64,000 nt of DNA from NCBI GenBank assembly GCA_029907465.1, contig JARYLV010000001.1, positions 76,923-140,922 on the forward strand, in the 5' to 3' direction. The translations under genes and the position numbers were made by a program. Under the pieces are notes generated by a model. It saw only the letters and a program-made list of their open reading frames with translations. It did not search any database and was not told the DNA's origin. How positions within the stretch are numbered: position 1 is the stretch's first letter; every line of letters begins with the position of its first letter. Source of the DNA: Methanomassiliicoccales archaeon. GTDB lineage: Archaea > Thermoplasmatota > Thermoplasmata > Methanomassiliicoccales > JACIVX01. Shown here in pieces: positions 31,130 through 41,540 of this stretch.

Positions 31130-32359
31130 TCATAGTGAGTGTGATACCCCTGAAATGATCTTTTTCACGTGATCGACATCTGCTGGTACAGGTTCAATCT
31201 TACCAAAAGATTTCATAATCGTATCAGGATCTTTGAGCACATTGCCTGTACAAATGCAGACCACAATCTCATCTTTTTCGATTTCTTTGAGATGTGCCAT
31301 TTTGAAAAGACCGGCAATCGATGCGGCACTCGCCGGTTCGACGCCTATACCCTCGGCCTTGCCAAGAATTCGCTGCGCGTCCAGTATCTCCTCATCCGTT
31401 ACTTCAATAGCGTAACCATCCGTTTCATAAATCGCTTTCAAGGCCTTTTTCCCGCTGACTGGATTCCCGATCCTGATCGCCGTCGCGATCGTCTCAGGAT
31501 GTTCGACCGCCGTGAAATCCTTCCGCCCCTCGCGAAACGCATTAACAATTGGTTTTGCGCCACTGGCTTGAACGCCAATAAGTTTTGGAAGTCGGTCGAT
31601 CAAACCGATGCTGTGTAATTCATCTAGCGCCTTATAAACCGACCAAATGTTCCCGGCATTTCCAACTGGAAGAATAATCCTATCGGGAACTTGAAAATCG
31701 AGCTGGTCAATGATTTCGAATGCGACAGTTTTTTGTCCTTCTGGTCTGAAAGGATTGATCGAGTTAAGTAAGTAAATATAACCCTCTGCAGCCAGCGTTC
31801 TCGCGATTTGCAATGCGTCATCGAAGCTACCATCAATCGAGATAACTTTTGCTCCGAAGAAAACTGCCTGAGCAAGCTTTCCTGCGGCGACTTTTCCCGC
31901 GGGGAGGATCACGACACAATCGAGACCTGCTTTAGCGGCGTATGCTGCGAGAGAAGCTGATGTGTTGCCAGTTGATGCGCATCCTACGATCCTGGCCCCG
32001 ATTTCCACCGCCCTCGTAACGCCTACAGTCATCCCCCGGTCTTTAAAGGACCCCGTCGGATTAGCGCCTTCATACTTGACATACAGTCGATTGATACCCA
32101 CGATCTGGGCAAGATTCCGACAGTCATAGAGTGGCGTTCCGCCTTCTTTTAGGGTGATTGCTTTCTCCTCCGCGACAGGGAGGAATTCGGCATACCGCCA
32201 AACACCAAATGGTTTCCGCCTAAGTGTGTATGGTTCGATATTTTCTAAAGAAGAAAGATCAACCTTGATGTCGAGAAGACCCCCGCATTTCATGCAACTG
32301 TCAGCATAAGGGTCCTCGATAATGGCGCCGCATTCCCAGCACCTGATCTCGTACACCAT
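31130..32359 (-). CDS. thrC: Threonine synthase with an N-terminal zinc-ribbon
   Basis: PLP-lysine region 'NPTGSFKDRG'. N-terminal 'CWECG...CMKCGG'. Confidence 0.92.
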   Translation of the reverse strand: MVYEIRCWECGAIIEDPYADSCMKCGGLLDIKVDLSSLENIEPYTLRRKPFGVWRYAEFLPVAEEKAITLKEGGTPLYDCRNLAQIVGINRLYVKYEGANPTGSFKDRGMTVGVTRAVEIGARIVGCASTGNTSASLAAYAAKAGLDCVVILPAGKVAAGKLAQAVFFGAKVISIDGSFDDALQIARTLAAEGYIYLLNSINPFRPEGQKTVAFEIIDQLDFQVPDRIILPVGNAGNIWSVYKALDELHSIGLIDRLPKLIGVQASGAKPIVNAFREGRKDFTAVEHPETIATAIRIGNPVSGKKALKAIYETDGYAIEVTDEEILDAQRILGKAEGIGVEPASAASIAGLFKMAHLKEIEKDEIVVCICTGNVLKDPDTIMKSFGKIEPVPADVDHVKKIISGVSHSL

Positions 32360-33298
32360 TTACTCGATCCTCCTGCAACCAGATCCTGGCCTCGTCACCC
32401 ATGTGTCGCACCTGATACCATTGGTCTCATAAACCTTCTTCATCGCGTTGGCAATTGATCCGCCATTGACCTTCTGCACATCAAACATAGCAGCAATAGA
32501 TGGACCCGAACCGCTAAGAAATGCCGCGCATGCACCTGCCTCCTGAGCAGCCGATTCAACCTCGCGGAGATACGGAATAAGATGTGCTCTCGAAGGTTCG
32601 ATGACGCTGTCCCTTACGTTGCGACCTATAAGCCCAATGTCCCCCTTCACCATTCCAAGCACCAGACCTGACGCATGACCGACGTGATAAACGAGCTTCT
32701 TCAGTTCCACTTTCTCTGGTATGACTTTCCTCGCTTCCCTTGTAGAAATGAAGACTTCGGGCATAGCAATTGCAATACCGAGATCGGCTGGTGGATCGAC
32801 CCGCTCTACCTCAAATGGGTCGTATGAAGTGATAATTGTGAATCCGCCTAGGATGGCTGGTGCGACGTTGTCTGCGTGAAATCCGCCTGAAGTCACCTCC
32901 TCGGCTCTCGCCGCACAGATGACAAGTTTCTCCGCAGGCAGGGGTTTTTCCAGGAGAAGATTCGCCGCGAATGCACCTCCAGCGGCAGATGCGCCCGAAG
33001 ACCCGATACCACTACCTGGCCTGATTCCCTTTCTGATCACCAACTCGATACCGAAATCAGCACGCCCAGCCTTCAGAACTTCCATTGCCGCGATACCGGC
33101 TGAGTTTCTCATAGGGTCTGGGGTGATGTGTTTGCTATCGGATCCGCTAATCGAGGTGATCAAAACACCTTTTCTGACCGTACGTTGTGCCTCGATAATA
33201 TCATATGGTTCACCAAGAGCGAGACCAAATATGTCGAAACCCGCCCCAATATTCGAAAGAGTGGCAGGCGCGATTACCGTGACCTTATCGTAACGCAT
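32360..33298 (-). CDS. thrB: Homoserine kinase (GHMP kinase)
   Basis: 'PATLSNIGAGFDIFGLAL' and the GHMP motif 'PGSGIGSSGASAAG'. I set the start at the ATG at 33298 (MRYDKVTV...). The 441-aa ORF-track version adds 129 low-quality residues and overlaps the divergent permease gene. Confidence 0.88.
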   Translation of the reverse strand: MRYDKVTVIAPATLSNIGAGFDIFGLALGEPYDIIEAQRTVRKGVLITSISGSDSKHITPDPMRNSAGIAAMEVLKAGRADFGIELVIRKGIRPGSGIGSSGASAAGGAFAANLLLEKPLPAEKLVICAARAEEVTSGGFHADNVAPAILGGFTIITSYDPFEVERVDPPADLGIAIAMPEVFISTREARKVIPEKVELKKLVYHVGHASGLVLGMVKGDIGLIGRNVRDSVIEPSRAHLIPYLREVESAAQEAGACAAFLSGSGPSIAAMFDVQKVNGGSIANAMKKVYETNGIRCDTWVTRPGSGCRRIE

Positions 33299-33581
33299 CA
33301 AGTACACCTTGATCTTGGAAGACTGAGCTGTGGAGATCAATTTGCGGAAATAAAACTTTCTTACAGTATTTGTTATTTTTTGGCCGATCATATGGAAAAA
33401 GACCCGGCGCCCAATACCAGGAAAATCGGCACGAACGGGACTATCAGCGATATATTGATGCGAATACAGCTTTTTTATAACAACTTCAACTCCTGCAGAA
33501 CAATTTATTAACCCAATCGAATCTATCCGACCGCCCTCCGGTGAGACCCTGAACGCCCCAGACCTGAGCATCTCGGTCATC

Positions 33582-34802
33582 GTGTTATTCGTCGTCTTCA
33601 TCCTCATCGCGATACGCCAGGTCGGGAAATTTCGCCTAAAGATATGGCAGATTATGCTTTTCGGAGCGGTTGCGGTGCTTCTCACAGGCCAGATAAGTCC
33701 GATTGACGCACTCCTTTCAATCGATATCGACGTAATGCTCTTCCTTTTCGGAATGTTTGTTGTCGGTGAGGCCCTCTATGAGAGTGGTTATCTTTTTTAT
33801 CTCGCACACAAAATTTTTAAGAGAGCGAAAAATGTCGATCAACTCATCCTCTTGATCCTTTTCACTATTGGCACACTCTCCGCCTTTCTCATGAACGATA
33901 CCCTTGCGATCATTGGCACGCCACTCGTTCTTCACTTTGCATCACGATTCAATGTGTCCCCAAAGCTTCTCTTGCTTTCGCTCGCTTTCTCCGTTACAAC
34001 AGGTAGCGTCATGAGTCCGATTGGTAACCCACAGAATCTCCTCGTCGCTATCAATGGAGGAATCGAGAGTCCGTTTGTCACTTTCTTTTCTTATCTAGCG
34101 GTTCCCACACTCATCAATTTATTTATTTGCTACATTGTTTTGAAGCTGTTCTATCGAGATGAATTCAAGAAACAGACGTCAAATAACGACGAATCGCCAG
34201 TGACAGACCCACGCCTTGCCCTTGCATGTAAGATTTCGCTGGCATTGATCTTCATTCTCGTCGTCGTCAGAATTGCTCTTTCCTTTGCAGACCTTGGCCG
34301 AGAATTCAGGCTGACCTACATAGCACTCGTGGCGATGTTGCCGATAATTATAATCAGCGACCAACGGATGAAGATTTTGAAGAACATTGACTGGTACACC
34401 CTTATTTTCTTTGCTTCGATGTTCGTGCTGATGGCAAGTGTTTGGCAGTCTGGATTCTTTCAGTCGCTGCTGGTTGGATCGAGCTTCGATATCGCCTCGG
34501 TTCCAGTGATTCTAATGATCAGTGTCGTATTGAGCCAATTTATCTCGAACGTTCCCTATGTCGCCCTATATCTTCCCCTTCTTTCCGAAGTTGGGATATC
34601 CACGCACGGTTTAATGGCACTCGCGGCTGGGAGTACGATTGCTGGAAACCTCCTCATTCTCGGCGCCGCGAGTAATGTGATCATCATACAGAACGCAGAA
34701 AGGAGGGGAGAGACTCTTTCTTTTGTCGAATTTGCGAAAGTGGGATTTCCTTTGACATTGATCAATGTACTCGTTTACTGGTTCTTTCTATCGATACTAT
34801 AG
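33582..34802 (+). CDS. ArsB/NhaD-superfamily anion permease (CitMHS/SLC13-like)
   Basis: 406 aa with about 11-12 TM segments. 'GSVMSPIGNPQNLLVA' and 'AAGSTIAGNLLILGAASNVII' are hairpin-like motifs typical of this superfamily. GTG start. Confidence 0.65.
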   Translation: MLFVVFILIAIRQVGKFRLKIWQIMLFGAVAVLLTGQISPIDALLSIDIDVMLFLFGMFVVGEALYESGYLFYLAHKIFKRAKNVDQLILLILFTIGTLSAFLMNDTLAIIGTPLVLHFASRFNVSPKLLLLSLAFSVTTGSVMSPIGNPQNLLVAINGGIESPFVTFFSYLAVPTLINLFICYIVLKLFYRDEFKKQTSNNDESPVTDPRLALACKISLALIFILVVVRIALSFADLGREFRLTYIALVAMLPIIIISDQRMKILKNIDWYTLIFFASMFVLMASVWQSGFFQSLLVGSSFDIASVPVILMISVVLSQFISNVPYVALYLPLLSEVGISTHGLMALAAGSTIAGNLLILGAASNVIIIQNAERRGETLSFVEFAKVGFPLTLINVLVYWFFLSIL

Positions 34803-34930
34803 GAGTTGATTGCAGACGTTTTCCCTCAATCAAAGTGACAATGCACTAAATTGCAGAAATTAATCTCTTGCCAAAAATGCCTCCTGAGGCGGAGAAGTGT
34901 TTTTAACAGGGTGTTGCATTCGATGCATTT

Positions 34931-35422
34931 GTGACGGAGATCACGATCATAGGCGCGAGGGGTCATGTCGACGACCCAAACAGACTGATTGCTTCCCTCC
35001 AGAACCTAGAGCGGGGGATAGGTATCCCACTGAATGCCGATCTCGTATGCGGTAGGGATCACTTGTTATCCGCCACCCTTCACGCGATCAGGTCATTCGA
35101 GCGTGGAGAGAACATTTCCTCGAATCTTTCAAATGAGATTTTGATTTATGCTTCTGGCGAAAGACAGTTCGCAAAGGCAGTCGAAAAGATGGGGATATCA
35201 AAGGGTTCTCAGAGAATTGCAATCGTTTTTCTAGACTGTCCCCACCCTGAAGAAGTTATCAGAGATTTGGGTTTATCACACGATGATTCAGTGCTTGAAC
35301 CGACAATCGAGAAACTGAGGCGATTCGGAATCGATGAAAGCGAAATTTCAACGCTGAGCGCGACAGAATTCGCAGATGTTGTACTTGAAAGAGTAGCCTT
35401 CGTCGACCTTATCAAGAAATAA
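34931..35422 (+). CDS. cgi121: KEOPS complex subunit Cgi121
   Basis: Collinear with my recollection of archaeal Cgi121 (M. jannaschii-type): 'LNADLVCGRDHLLSATLHA', 'EILIYASGERQFAKAVEKMG' and 'DDSVLE...VVLERVAFVDLIKK'. GTG start. Confidence 0.8.
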   Translation: MTEITIIGARGHVDDPNRLIASLQNLERGIGIPLNADLVCGRDHLLSATLHAIRSFERGENISSNLSNEILIYASGERQFAKAVEKMGISKGSQRIAIVFLDCPHPEEVIRDLGLSHDDSVLEPTIEKLRRFGIDESEISTLSATEFADVVLERVAFVDLIKK

Positions 35423-35611
35423 AAGATTCAGCAGAGTACTCAAGCAATCAAAAATGGAGATTTTAGTGCGGAGGCTATTTGGTAACGAGAAAAGCATTTC
35501 GAATTTTGGATAATCAAGTCAAAAGATTAATGAATTAAAGGGTCAATAAGTTTAGCGATTCGAATCACCCAGAACCTCAGAAGATCGACACGTACGTGGA
35601 GATGAAGGGAT

Positions 35612-38600
35612 TTGCCTGGCGATTACATCAGTCAGCTTCAGCTTGCTAGACAGCTTGAACAGAAAGCAAGAGAAGCTGCGAGGAATCGCGAAGAGGCCGA
35701 GAAAAAAATAGATGAAGCAGAAAAGGCCCTCGCCAGTCTCAGAGAATTCGATACCCAGTCAGCGGATGCTCAGCGATTTTTTTTGGAAGCAAAGGAAGCC
35801 TTTTCCAATCGAGACTTCAAGACGGCTCTCAGTCTGGCAATAAAGAGCATCGAGGCGACTGAGAGGACAAAAGCCGAAAAAGTCGAAGCAGTCATATCGT
35901 CGATTACTGACCTTTTGAGTCTATTTGAGAGGGGGGAAAGGGATTACGAGGAGATCATTAATTTAATACAGAAAACGAGAAATTTTATTGCTGAAAAGAG
36001 ATTAAAAGAGGCGCTCTCAAGCGTGACTTCTGCATGGAATAAGGCTGAACAATATGTCAATAGGAAACTTGCAGACTATTTCGGCAAAGTGCAATCACTA
36101 CTGCTCCTCGCAGAATCAAACGGAATAGGCGTTGATGAAGAGAGGAAGATGCTCGCACATGCGAGGAAATGGCTTGATGAATTGCAGTATGCATCTACGA
36201 TTAAGGAACTCAACGCCTGCTTTGATAGGATCAAAAATCTTATCCACTCACATCTTGAACTGCAGGTTGGGAAGATCCTTGACTTCAGGACGACCTACGA
36301 GGAACTTGGGATCGATTTTTCACCTGTTGACAAAATCATCGCGCAGGCTCGAAAGGAAATCGAAGAAGGAGATTATGATCGTGCTTTCAGAACCATCAAG
36401 ATGGGTGAGATAGAGGTTCAGAATCGTTTGAATTCTGGTATCCGATCAACCTTGGAAAGAATACGGAAAAGGGTGGAATTTCTCGAAACGAACGGTATCG
36501 AGACTGGACGCGCTAAAGAATTGATACAAAACGGGCTCGAATTCGTAAGTACGCAAAGGATTGCCGAGGCAAGAGAAGCCCTAAAGGATTTGAAAAATGT
36601 GATTTCAAAGGGCGAGGAGGCATATCTCGTACGACTTATTTCGAGCCTGCGCACCAAGCTCGTTCTTGCGAAAAGACTAGGTGTTGATTTAGACCAGCCT
36701 TTAGCACTCCTCGAGTCCTCGAAAGGATCATTTAAGAGCGGAGACTTTGAAAGTGCAATCGATTTCGTTCGCAAAGCTGACGGGATTTTAGAAAAGGCGC
36801 TCGAAGGCTACAAAGAAGTGGAGAGAGAACTTTCAAAGACGAGGCAGCTTCTTTTGATCGGTAGTCTCTATCCAGCAGATTTGAGAAGCGCAAAGGAGTT
36901 GATGAATGACTCAAGAGAACTTGTTCTTGCCAGGAATTTCAGCGGGGCTGTAGAGAAACTTAAGGCTGCTCAAAAAGAAGCGAATAGAGCCATTCAGGAG
37001 CATTTCGCTAAGGCCGTCATGGATCTCGAATTGAAGGCCGCGACTGCGGTAAGGATGGGTGCGGACCTTACCGAGGAACATGCTCTCCTTGATAGGATCA
37101 TCAAGACGATCAAAGAGGGAAATTACATCGAAGCTGCTGCGTCGATTAAACGTTGTAATGAAATGATCAATGAAAAAATGAAGCTCACTACGAAAGCGAT
37201 GATCGCAACGGCCCAGAAGTACGTGGAAGATCGTTCGAAGCATGTCGATGTTTCCGCTGCGAGATCAATGATCGCGGATGCGACAGCTGCTCTGGAAAAT
37301 GGAGAATTCGAAAAGGCATACGATCTTGCACAGGCAGCTATTGAGAGCCTCCGGAAGAGCGAAGAAGAATCTCTGTCAAACAAGATCCAAGAAGCGAAGA
37401 AATTGCTCGATCTCGCAGAACGTCTTGGTGCAGTGAGCATCACTCTATCTGAAAAACTGAAGAGCGCAGAGCAACTTCGTGATAATGGTGAGACATCGGA
37501 GTCGTTTAGAATCATTATCGATGTCATCAATTTTGCAAGTTCAATCGTTGCTGATGAATTAACGAGGGAATTGACAAAATTGATCCGCTCGATAGGATCA
37601 GCCCGACGAAATGGCGTTGAGGTCAAACAGATTGATCGCCTAGCCGAGGAGGCGTCGTTGGCGATCAATGCAAAGGACTTCGAGCGAGCATTCAATATTA
37701 TTAAGGAAACGGGAGAATTGCTCAATAAGACAAAAGCGCTTCATACTGAGATTTACGATAGAATTGTAGAAATCTCAAGCTTGTTGAGAGAGGCAAAGGA
37801 GCAAGGCAAGGACACTTCCGAGGCAGTGACACTTCTAACAAAGGGTAAGAGATTGTTTGAGACTGGCAAGTATGAAGAGGCGAAGACTGTCCTCACCAAG
37901 TGCTACTCCGAAACAGAAAAAATCGTCGCTCCATTCATAGCGACGCGCAGGATACCACTTGTCAGAGATCTGATTGCGATTATGAAACGAATCGGCCTCG
38001 AGACATCACCGGTCGAAAAGATGATTGCAGACGCAGAGGCAAACGCAAAAATGGGACGGTACCTTGAGGCCCTCAATGCATCAGGAGAGGCTGAGCGGAT
38101 CGCGACGACCAGCCTCATCAGGGAGATTTCTATGAGAATCGAGAATCTCAAATCGCAGATCGCACGAGCGAAAAAGTCTGGTCGAGACGTCAGAAATATT
38201 GATCAGATTATAAGAAAAGCAGAACAACTCTTATGGGAAAGCAGGTTCAACGACGCACTCAAGGCTCTCGACCTTGCAAAAGCTGAAATTGATCAAAATG
38301 TTGTCATGGAGAGAAGAGCGAACGAGCACATTCAGATTTCTGAGAGAGTCATTGACGAAGTCGCATCGCTCGGCATTGATGTGACCTCAGCACGCAATTC
38401 GCTGGGCCAAGCGATCAACCTTAGGGATATTGGGAAGTTCATCATAGCGTCGGAACTGGCAAGAAAAGCCGCCGAGCAAGCCTCGCAACTTGCTACGACT
38501 AGGATCAAAAATGAACTGGAAGGAGTCGAAGAATTCTGCAGAAAGGAGGGCCTCAAAGGTATCGACCTCGAAGCCGCGAGGTCATCGATCAATGAAGTCG

Positions 38601-39640
38601 ATTATCTAATCGAGAGGTGGCATTTCAGACAGGCTAAAACATTGATCGATCGTTTTTCGAGCGAAATAAGGAGAATTCAGCAGCAGAAACAGATGAGCAC
38701 ACAAACGATCAACGAGGTCAAAGAACAAGCGAAGAGAGCAAAGGAGCTTGGCCTTCGTATCGAGCACGTTGAGAAGCTCATCTCCCAAGCCGATGAAAGA
38801 ATGAGGAATGGCGCTTTCTCCGAGGCTTTCGCGATCGCGATGCGGTGTTCGGAAGATTTGCGATCGATCTTGGAATCATACGAGAAAAGACTAAATGAAA
38901 TTCATAAGACTGAGAAATTGATTGAACTTCTCGAGAAAAATGGCCGGGATATTAGTGAACTCTCCGAGAAGGTTAAATCCGCGAGGGAAGCGCTCCAAGG
39001 GCTTGAATTTGAAAAAGCAGCCCTCCTGATTCAGAGGGCTATGATCAGCGCGACATCAGAACTTAATTCATTAGCAAAAGAAAAAATGAAAAAGCTGCAT
39101 TCTCTTTACCAACTGCTCAGCCAGCTGTCATCCGAAACTGAAGTTCTTCAATTAGGATCGGATATCGGTCAAATGGAAATGGGTGAACGAGGGGCACCGA
39201 ATCTCGAGGTCATTGAGAAGAAAACGGAAGCAATTGAATCCCTGTTATTCCACGAAATAGGAAACAGGATTACGAAGCTGCGAGAGAGAATTGACAAGGA
39301 GAAAAAGGCTGGAAAAGAAGTGTCGCTGAGTGAATTTTTTATCGCAACAGCAAAAGAATCGCTCGACACGAAATCTTATGGAGAAGCAATCGAAGCGTTA
39401 GAGAAGGTCGAAAAGAGTATCGGCATTTCAGTCGAAAAATATAAGGAGTTTGAAAATACAAAGGAAAAACTCACACAACTCATTACTGAAGCTTCGAGGA
39501 GGGGAATACCAGTTGAAGAGGGCAAAGATGTTCTTATTAGAGCCAGTAGATGGAGCCCACAGGAAATTGACATCATGATTGAGGACCTAAAAAATGCTAT
39601 TTCGTCTCTTGAAAATAAAATCGAAATGCTGATCCCAGAA
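35612..39640 (+). repeat. Protein-level tandem array of ~62-codon (186-nt) units inside the giant ORF
   Basis: The aromatic or hydrophobic residue of a recurring 'G-x-(F/Y)-x-x-A' helix-start motif falls at nt 35816, 36002, 36188, 36374, 36560, 36746, 36938, 37124, 37307, 37493, 37679, 37871, 38060, 38246, 38438, 38624, 38816, 39008, one degenerate unit, then 39377. The spacings are 183-192 nt and most are exactly 186. Confidence 0.85.
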
Positions 39641-39958
39641 ATTACGATTGACATGGATCTTCTCGGAGAGCCGATTGCCGGTCAATGGACAGGAGCAAGA
39701 ATACATTTGCGTAACAAGGCAATCGCGATGGTACGAGACATCGCATTGAAATTCCACGGCGATCTTGATGTGAAAGGCCCGCTGACAATTGAATGGATGA
39801 AGGGACAAGAAGAGGTGTCTCTAGACCTGAAGATCATGCCGAAGCGAAGTGGCGTTTTACCGATCGCACTTGAACTTAACTTTAAACCTGCGTTCTCCGA
39901 TGAAAACTACAGATTTGAAAGTACCTTCGAGATCGAAGTGCAAGAGTCGAAATCCTGA
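35612..39958 (+). CDS. Giant all-alpha tandem-repeat protein (~20 x 62 aa) with a C-terminal beta-sandwich-like (CARDB/COG1361-like) module. Function unknown.
   Basis: 1,448-aa uninterrupted ORF with a TTG start at 35612, preceded by GTGGAG. It is E/K/A/L/R-rich, and I saw no signal peptide or TM segment. See the repeat feature and the finding. Confidence 0.75.
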   Translation: MPGDYISQLQLARQLEQKAREAARNREEAEKKIDEAEKALASLREFDTQSADAQRFFLEAKEAFSNRDFKTALSLAIKSIEATERTKAEKVEAVISSITDLLSLFERGERDYEEIINLIQKTRNFIAEKRLKEALSSVTSAWNKAEQYVNRKLADYFGKVQSLLLLAESNGIGVDEERKMLAHARKWLDELQYASTIKELNACFDRIKNLIHSHLELQVGKILDFRTTYEELGIDFSPVDKIIAQARKEIEEGDYDRAFRTIKMGEIEVQNRLNSGIRSTLERIRKRVEFLETNGIETGRAKELIQNGLEFVSTQRIAEAREALKDLKNVISKGEEAYLVRLISSLRTKLVLAKRLGVDLDQPLALLESSKGSFKSGDFESAIDFVRKADGILEKALEGYKEVERELSKTRQLLLIGSLYPADLRSAKELMNDSRELVLARNFSGAVEKLKAAQKEANRAIQEHFAKAVMDLELKAATAVRMGADLTEEHALLDRIIKTIKEGNYIEAAASIKRCNEMINEKMKLTTKAMIATAQKYVEDRSKHVDVSAARSMIADATAALENGEFEKAYDLAQAAIESLRKSEEESLSNKIQEAKKLLDLAERLGAVSITLSEKLKSAEQLRDNGETSESFRIIIDVINFASSIVADELTRELTKLIRSIGSARRNGVEVKQIDRLAEEASLAINAKDFERAFNIIKETGELLNKTKALHTEIYDRIVEISSLLREAKEQGKDTSEAVTLLTKGKRLFETGKYEEAKTVLTKCYSETEKIVAPFIATRRIPLVRDLIAIMKRIGLETSPVEKMIADAEANAKMGRYLEALNASGEAERIATTSLIREISMRIENLKSQIARAKKSGRDVRNIDQIIRKAEQLLWESRFNDALKALDLAKAEIDQNVVMERRANEHIQISERVIDEVASLGIDVTSARNSLGQAINLRDIGKFIIASELARKAAEQASQLATTRIKNELEGVEEFCRKEGLKGIDLEAARSSINEVDYLIERWHFRQAKTLIDRFSSEIRRIQQQKQMSTQTINEVKEQAKRAKELGLRIEHVEKLISQADERMRNGAFSEAFAIAMRCSEDLRSILESYEKRLNEIHKTEKLIELLEKNGRDISELSEKVKSAREALQGLEFEKAALLIQRAMISATSELNSLAKEKMKKLHSLYQLLSQLSSETEVLQLGSDIGQMEMGERGAPNLEVIEKKTEAIESLLFHEIGNRITKLRERIDKEKKAGKEVSLSEFFIATAKESLDTKSYGEAIEALEKVEKSIGISVEKYKEFENTKEKLTQLITEASRRGIPVEEGKDVLIRASRWSPQEIDIMIEDLKNAISSLENKIEMLIPEITIDMDLLGEPIAGQWTGARIHLRNKAIAMVRDIALKFHGDLDVKGPLTIEWMKGQEEVSLDLKIMPKRSGVLPIALELNFKPAFSDENYRFESTFEIEVQESKS

Positions 39959-39968
39959 CCATTCTGCT

Positions 39969-40373
39969 CTACGATTTTATTGGTGCGAACTTGTAGCCGT
40001 AGTGGATAATACCTGCCTCACCGTCTTCTCCGAGTTTTCTGAGGGTGCTTCGTACCCGCATCCCGATTTTCACTTCCGATGGTTCGCAATCGATAATCTG
40101 GCCGGTAACTCTCACCCCTTCGTCCATCTGTACGATCGCGATCACATAGGGCTTCATCTTGTCAAGTTGTGATGGTGCCTCGTAAACGATCGAAAAGGAA
40201 TAGATTTCCCCTTCTCCGCGCAACTTCATCTCTTCAAGCTTGCCCACACTCTTTCTGCGACACACAGGGCAGATTGATCGTGGAGGAAACAGAATCCTCT
40301 TGCAGACACCACATCGAACTGCAGTCATATTATATCGGCTCGGGTTCTCACGCCAAAAACGCGCTGTTGACAA
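39969..40373 (-). CDS. DUF35 Zn-ribbon/OB-fold protein (scaffold subunit of the archaeal thiolase/HMG-CoA synthase complex)
   Basis: 'CGVCKRILFPPRSICPVCRRKS' zinc ribbon followed by an OB-fold region. It lies immediately downstream of the thiolase gene. Confidence 0.85.
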   Translation of the reverse strand: MSTARFWRENPSRYNMTAVRCGVCKRILFPPRSICPVCRRKSVGKLEEMKLRGEGEIYSFSIVYEAPSQLDKMKPYVIAIVQMDEGVRVTGQIIDCEPSEVKIGMRVRSTLRKLGEDGEAGIIHYGYKFAPIKS

Positions 40374-41540
40374 TTACACCACCCCCAAAATGTGCACAAC
40401 TGCCGTTGCTCCAGTCCCACCAATGTTGTGTGCTAACCCAATTTCCGCGCCGTTGACCTGTCGTTTCCCAGCCTCTCCTCTCAATTGCGCAACGATCTCG
40501 ACGACCTGAGCAACACCCGTCGCTCCAATCGGATCTCCCCTTGCCTTCAAGCCTCCCGAGGTGTTGATCGCGATCTTTCCACCGATCGCCGTCTCACCCT
40601 CAATCGTTGCTTTACCTCCTTCCCCCTTTTTGAAAAATCCCAGATCTTCGATTGCCAGTATTTCACTGATTGTATAGTTATCGTGAACTTCCGCGAGATC
40701 AATGTCCTTAGGCTCTATCCCCGCTTGCTTGAATGCCCTCCTAGCCGCGACTTTTGTTGCTTCGAAGCTGCAGATATCCGATCTGTGATGTAAAGCTAAT
40801 GTGTCAGAAGCTTGAGCTGATGCCATGATTCTTATTGGAGTATCCGTATACTTTCTCGCTTTTTCCATCGCACAGAGGACAACAGCCGCTCCCCCATCGG
40901 AAATCGGCGCGCAATCGAAGAGACCAAGCGGTTCAGCAACTGGCGACGCCCTTAGGACAGTATCGAGAGATATCTCCTTCTGGAACTGCGCCTTGGGATT
41001 GAGCGAACCATGTTTGTGGTTCTTGACAGCGACATGTGCAATTTGTTCCCGCGTCGTCCCGTATTCATGCATGTGCCGCCGCGCGATCATCGCATGGAGC
41101 GAGGCAAAGGTCGCTCCGAATGCGCACTCCCACTGCTGATCAGCTGCTGATGACTGGATGTCGATCGCTTTGAGGTCCCCAACATCCGTCATTTTCTCCG
41201 CACCGCCAACCACCACAATATCATGAAGCCCTGATGCAACTGCGAGGTATCCCTGCCGGAGGGCGAGTCCACCTGATGCACCTGCCGCCTCAACCCTTGT
41301 CGCCGGGACATGGTTCCGTGTCATACCAGCGTAATCCGCAATTAACGCACCAACATGTTCCTGCTCAATATAACGACCTGCGGACATATTACCGACATAG
41401 ATCGCATCAATCTCATCGCCCGAGAGATTCGCGTCATAGACCGCTGCAAGTCCCGCCTGGATTCCTATTTCTCTGAACGATAAATCCCAGAGCTCACCAA
41501 ATTTGGTATCACCGATCCCAATAATCGCAACTTCCCTCAT
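40374..41540 (-). CDS. Acetyl-CoA acetyltransferase (archaeal thiolase)
   Basis: 388 aa with thiolase-fold motifs ('VEAAGASGG', '[17 protein letters not shown]', 'GLAHNIGG'). Confidence 0.9.
   Translation of the reverse strand: MREVAIIGIGDTKFGELWDLSFREIGIQAGLAAVYDANLSGDEIDAIYVGNMSAGRYIEQEHVGALIADYAGMTRNHVPATRVEAAGASGGLALRQGYLAVASGLHDIVVVGGAEKMTDVGDLKAIDIQSSAADQQWECAFGATFASLHAMIARRHMHEYGTTREQIAHVAVKNHKHGSLNPKAQFQKEISLDTVLRASPVAEPLGLFDCAPISDGGAAVVLCAMEKARKYTDTPIRIMASAQASDTLALHHRSDICSFEATKVAARRAFKQAGIEPKDIDLAEVHDNYTISEILAIEDLGFFKKGEGGKATIEGETAIGGKIAINTSGGLKARGDPIGATGVAQVVEIVAQLRGEAGKRQVNGAEIGLAHNIGGTGATAVVHILGVV

Noticed and set aside
33299-33685. N-terminal 129-aa extension of the thrB ORF (ORF-track start 33685)
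   Set aside because: The extension has non-protein-like composition and overlaps the divergent permease gene. It also precedes the conserved homoserine-kinase N-terminus, which begins at the ATG at 33298.
37123-37725. 200-aa antisense ORF inside the giant repeat gene. Similar long antisense or alternative-frame ORFs occur at 25945-26625, 49159-49686, 57857-58381, 60992-61531 and 61990-62580.
   Set aside because: All lie within confidently assigned genes on the opposite strand or in another frame. They are Ser/Arg/Leu-rich shadow frames with no motifs.
35612-39958. Nucleotide-level tandem repeat, or assembly artefact, as the explanation for the 186-nt periodicity
   Set aside because: The units share only the amino-acid pattern and I could see no extended DNA identity between them. 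A collapsed or expanded assembly repeat is therefore unlikely.
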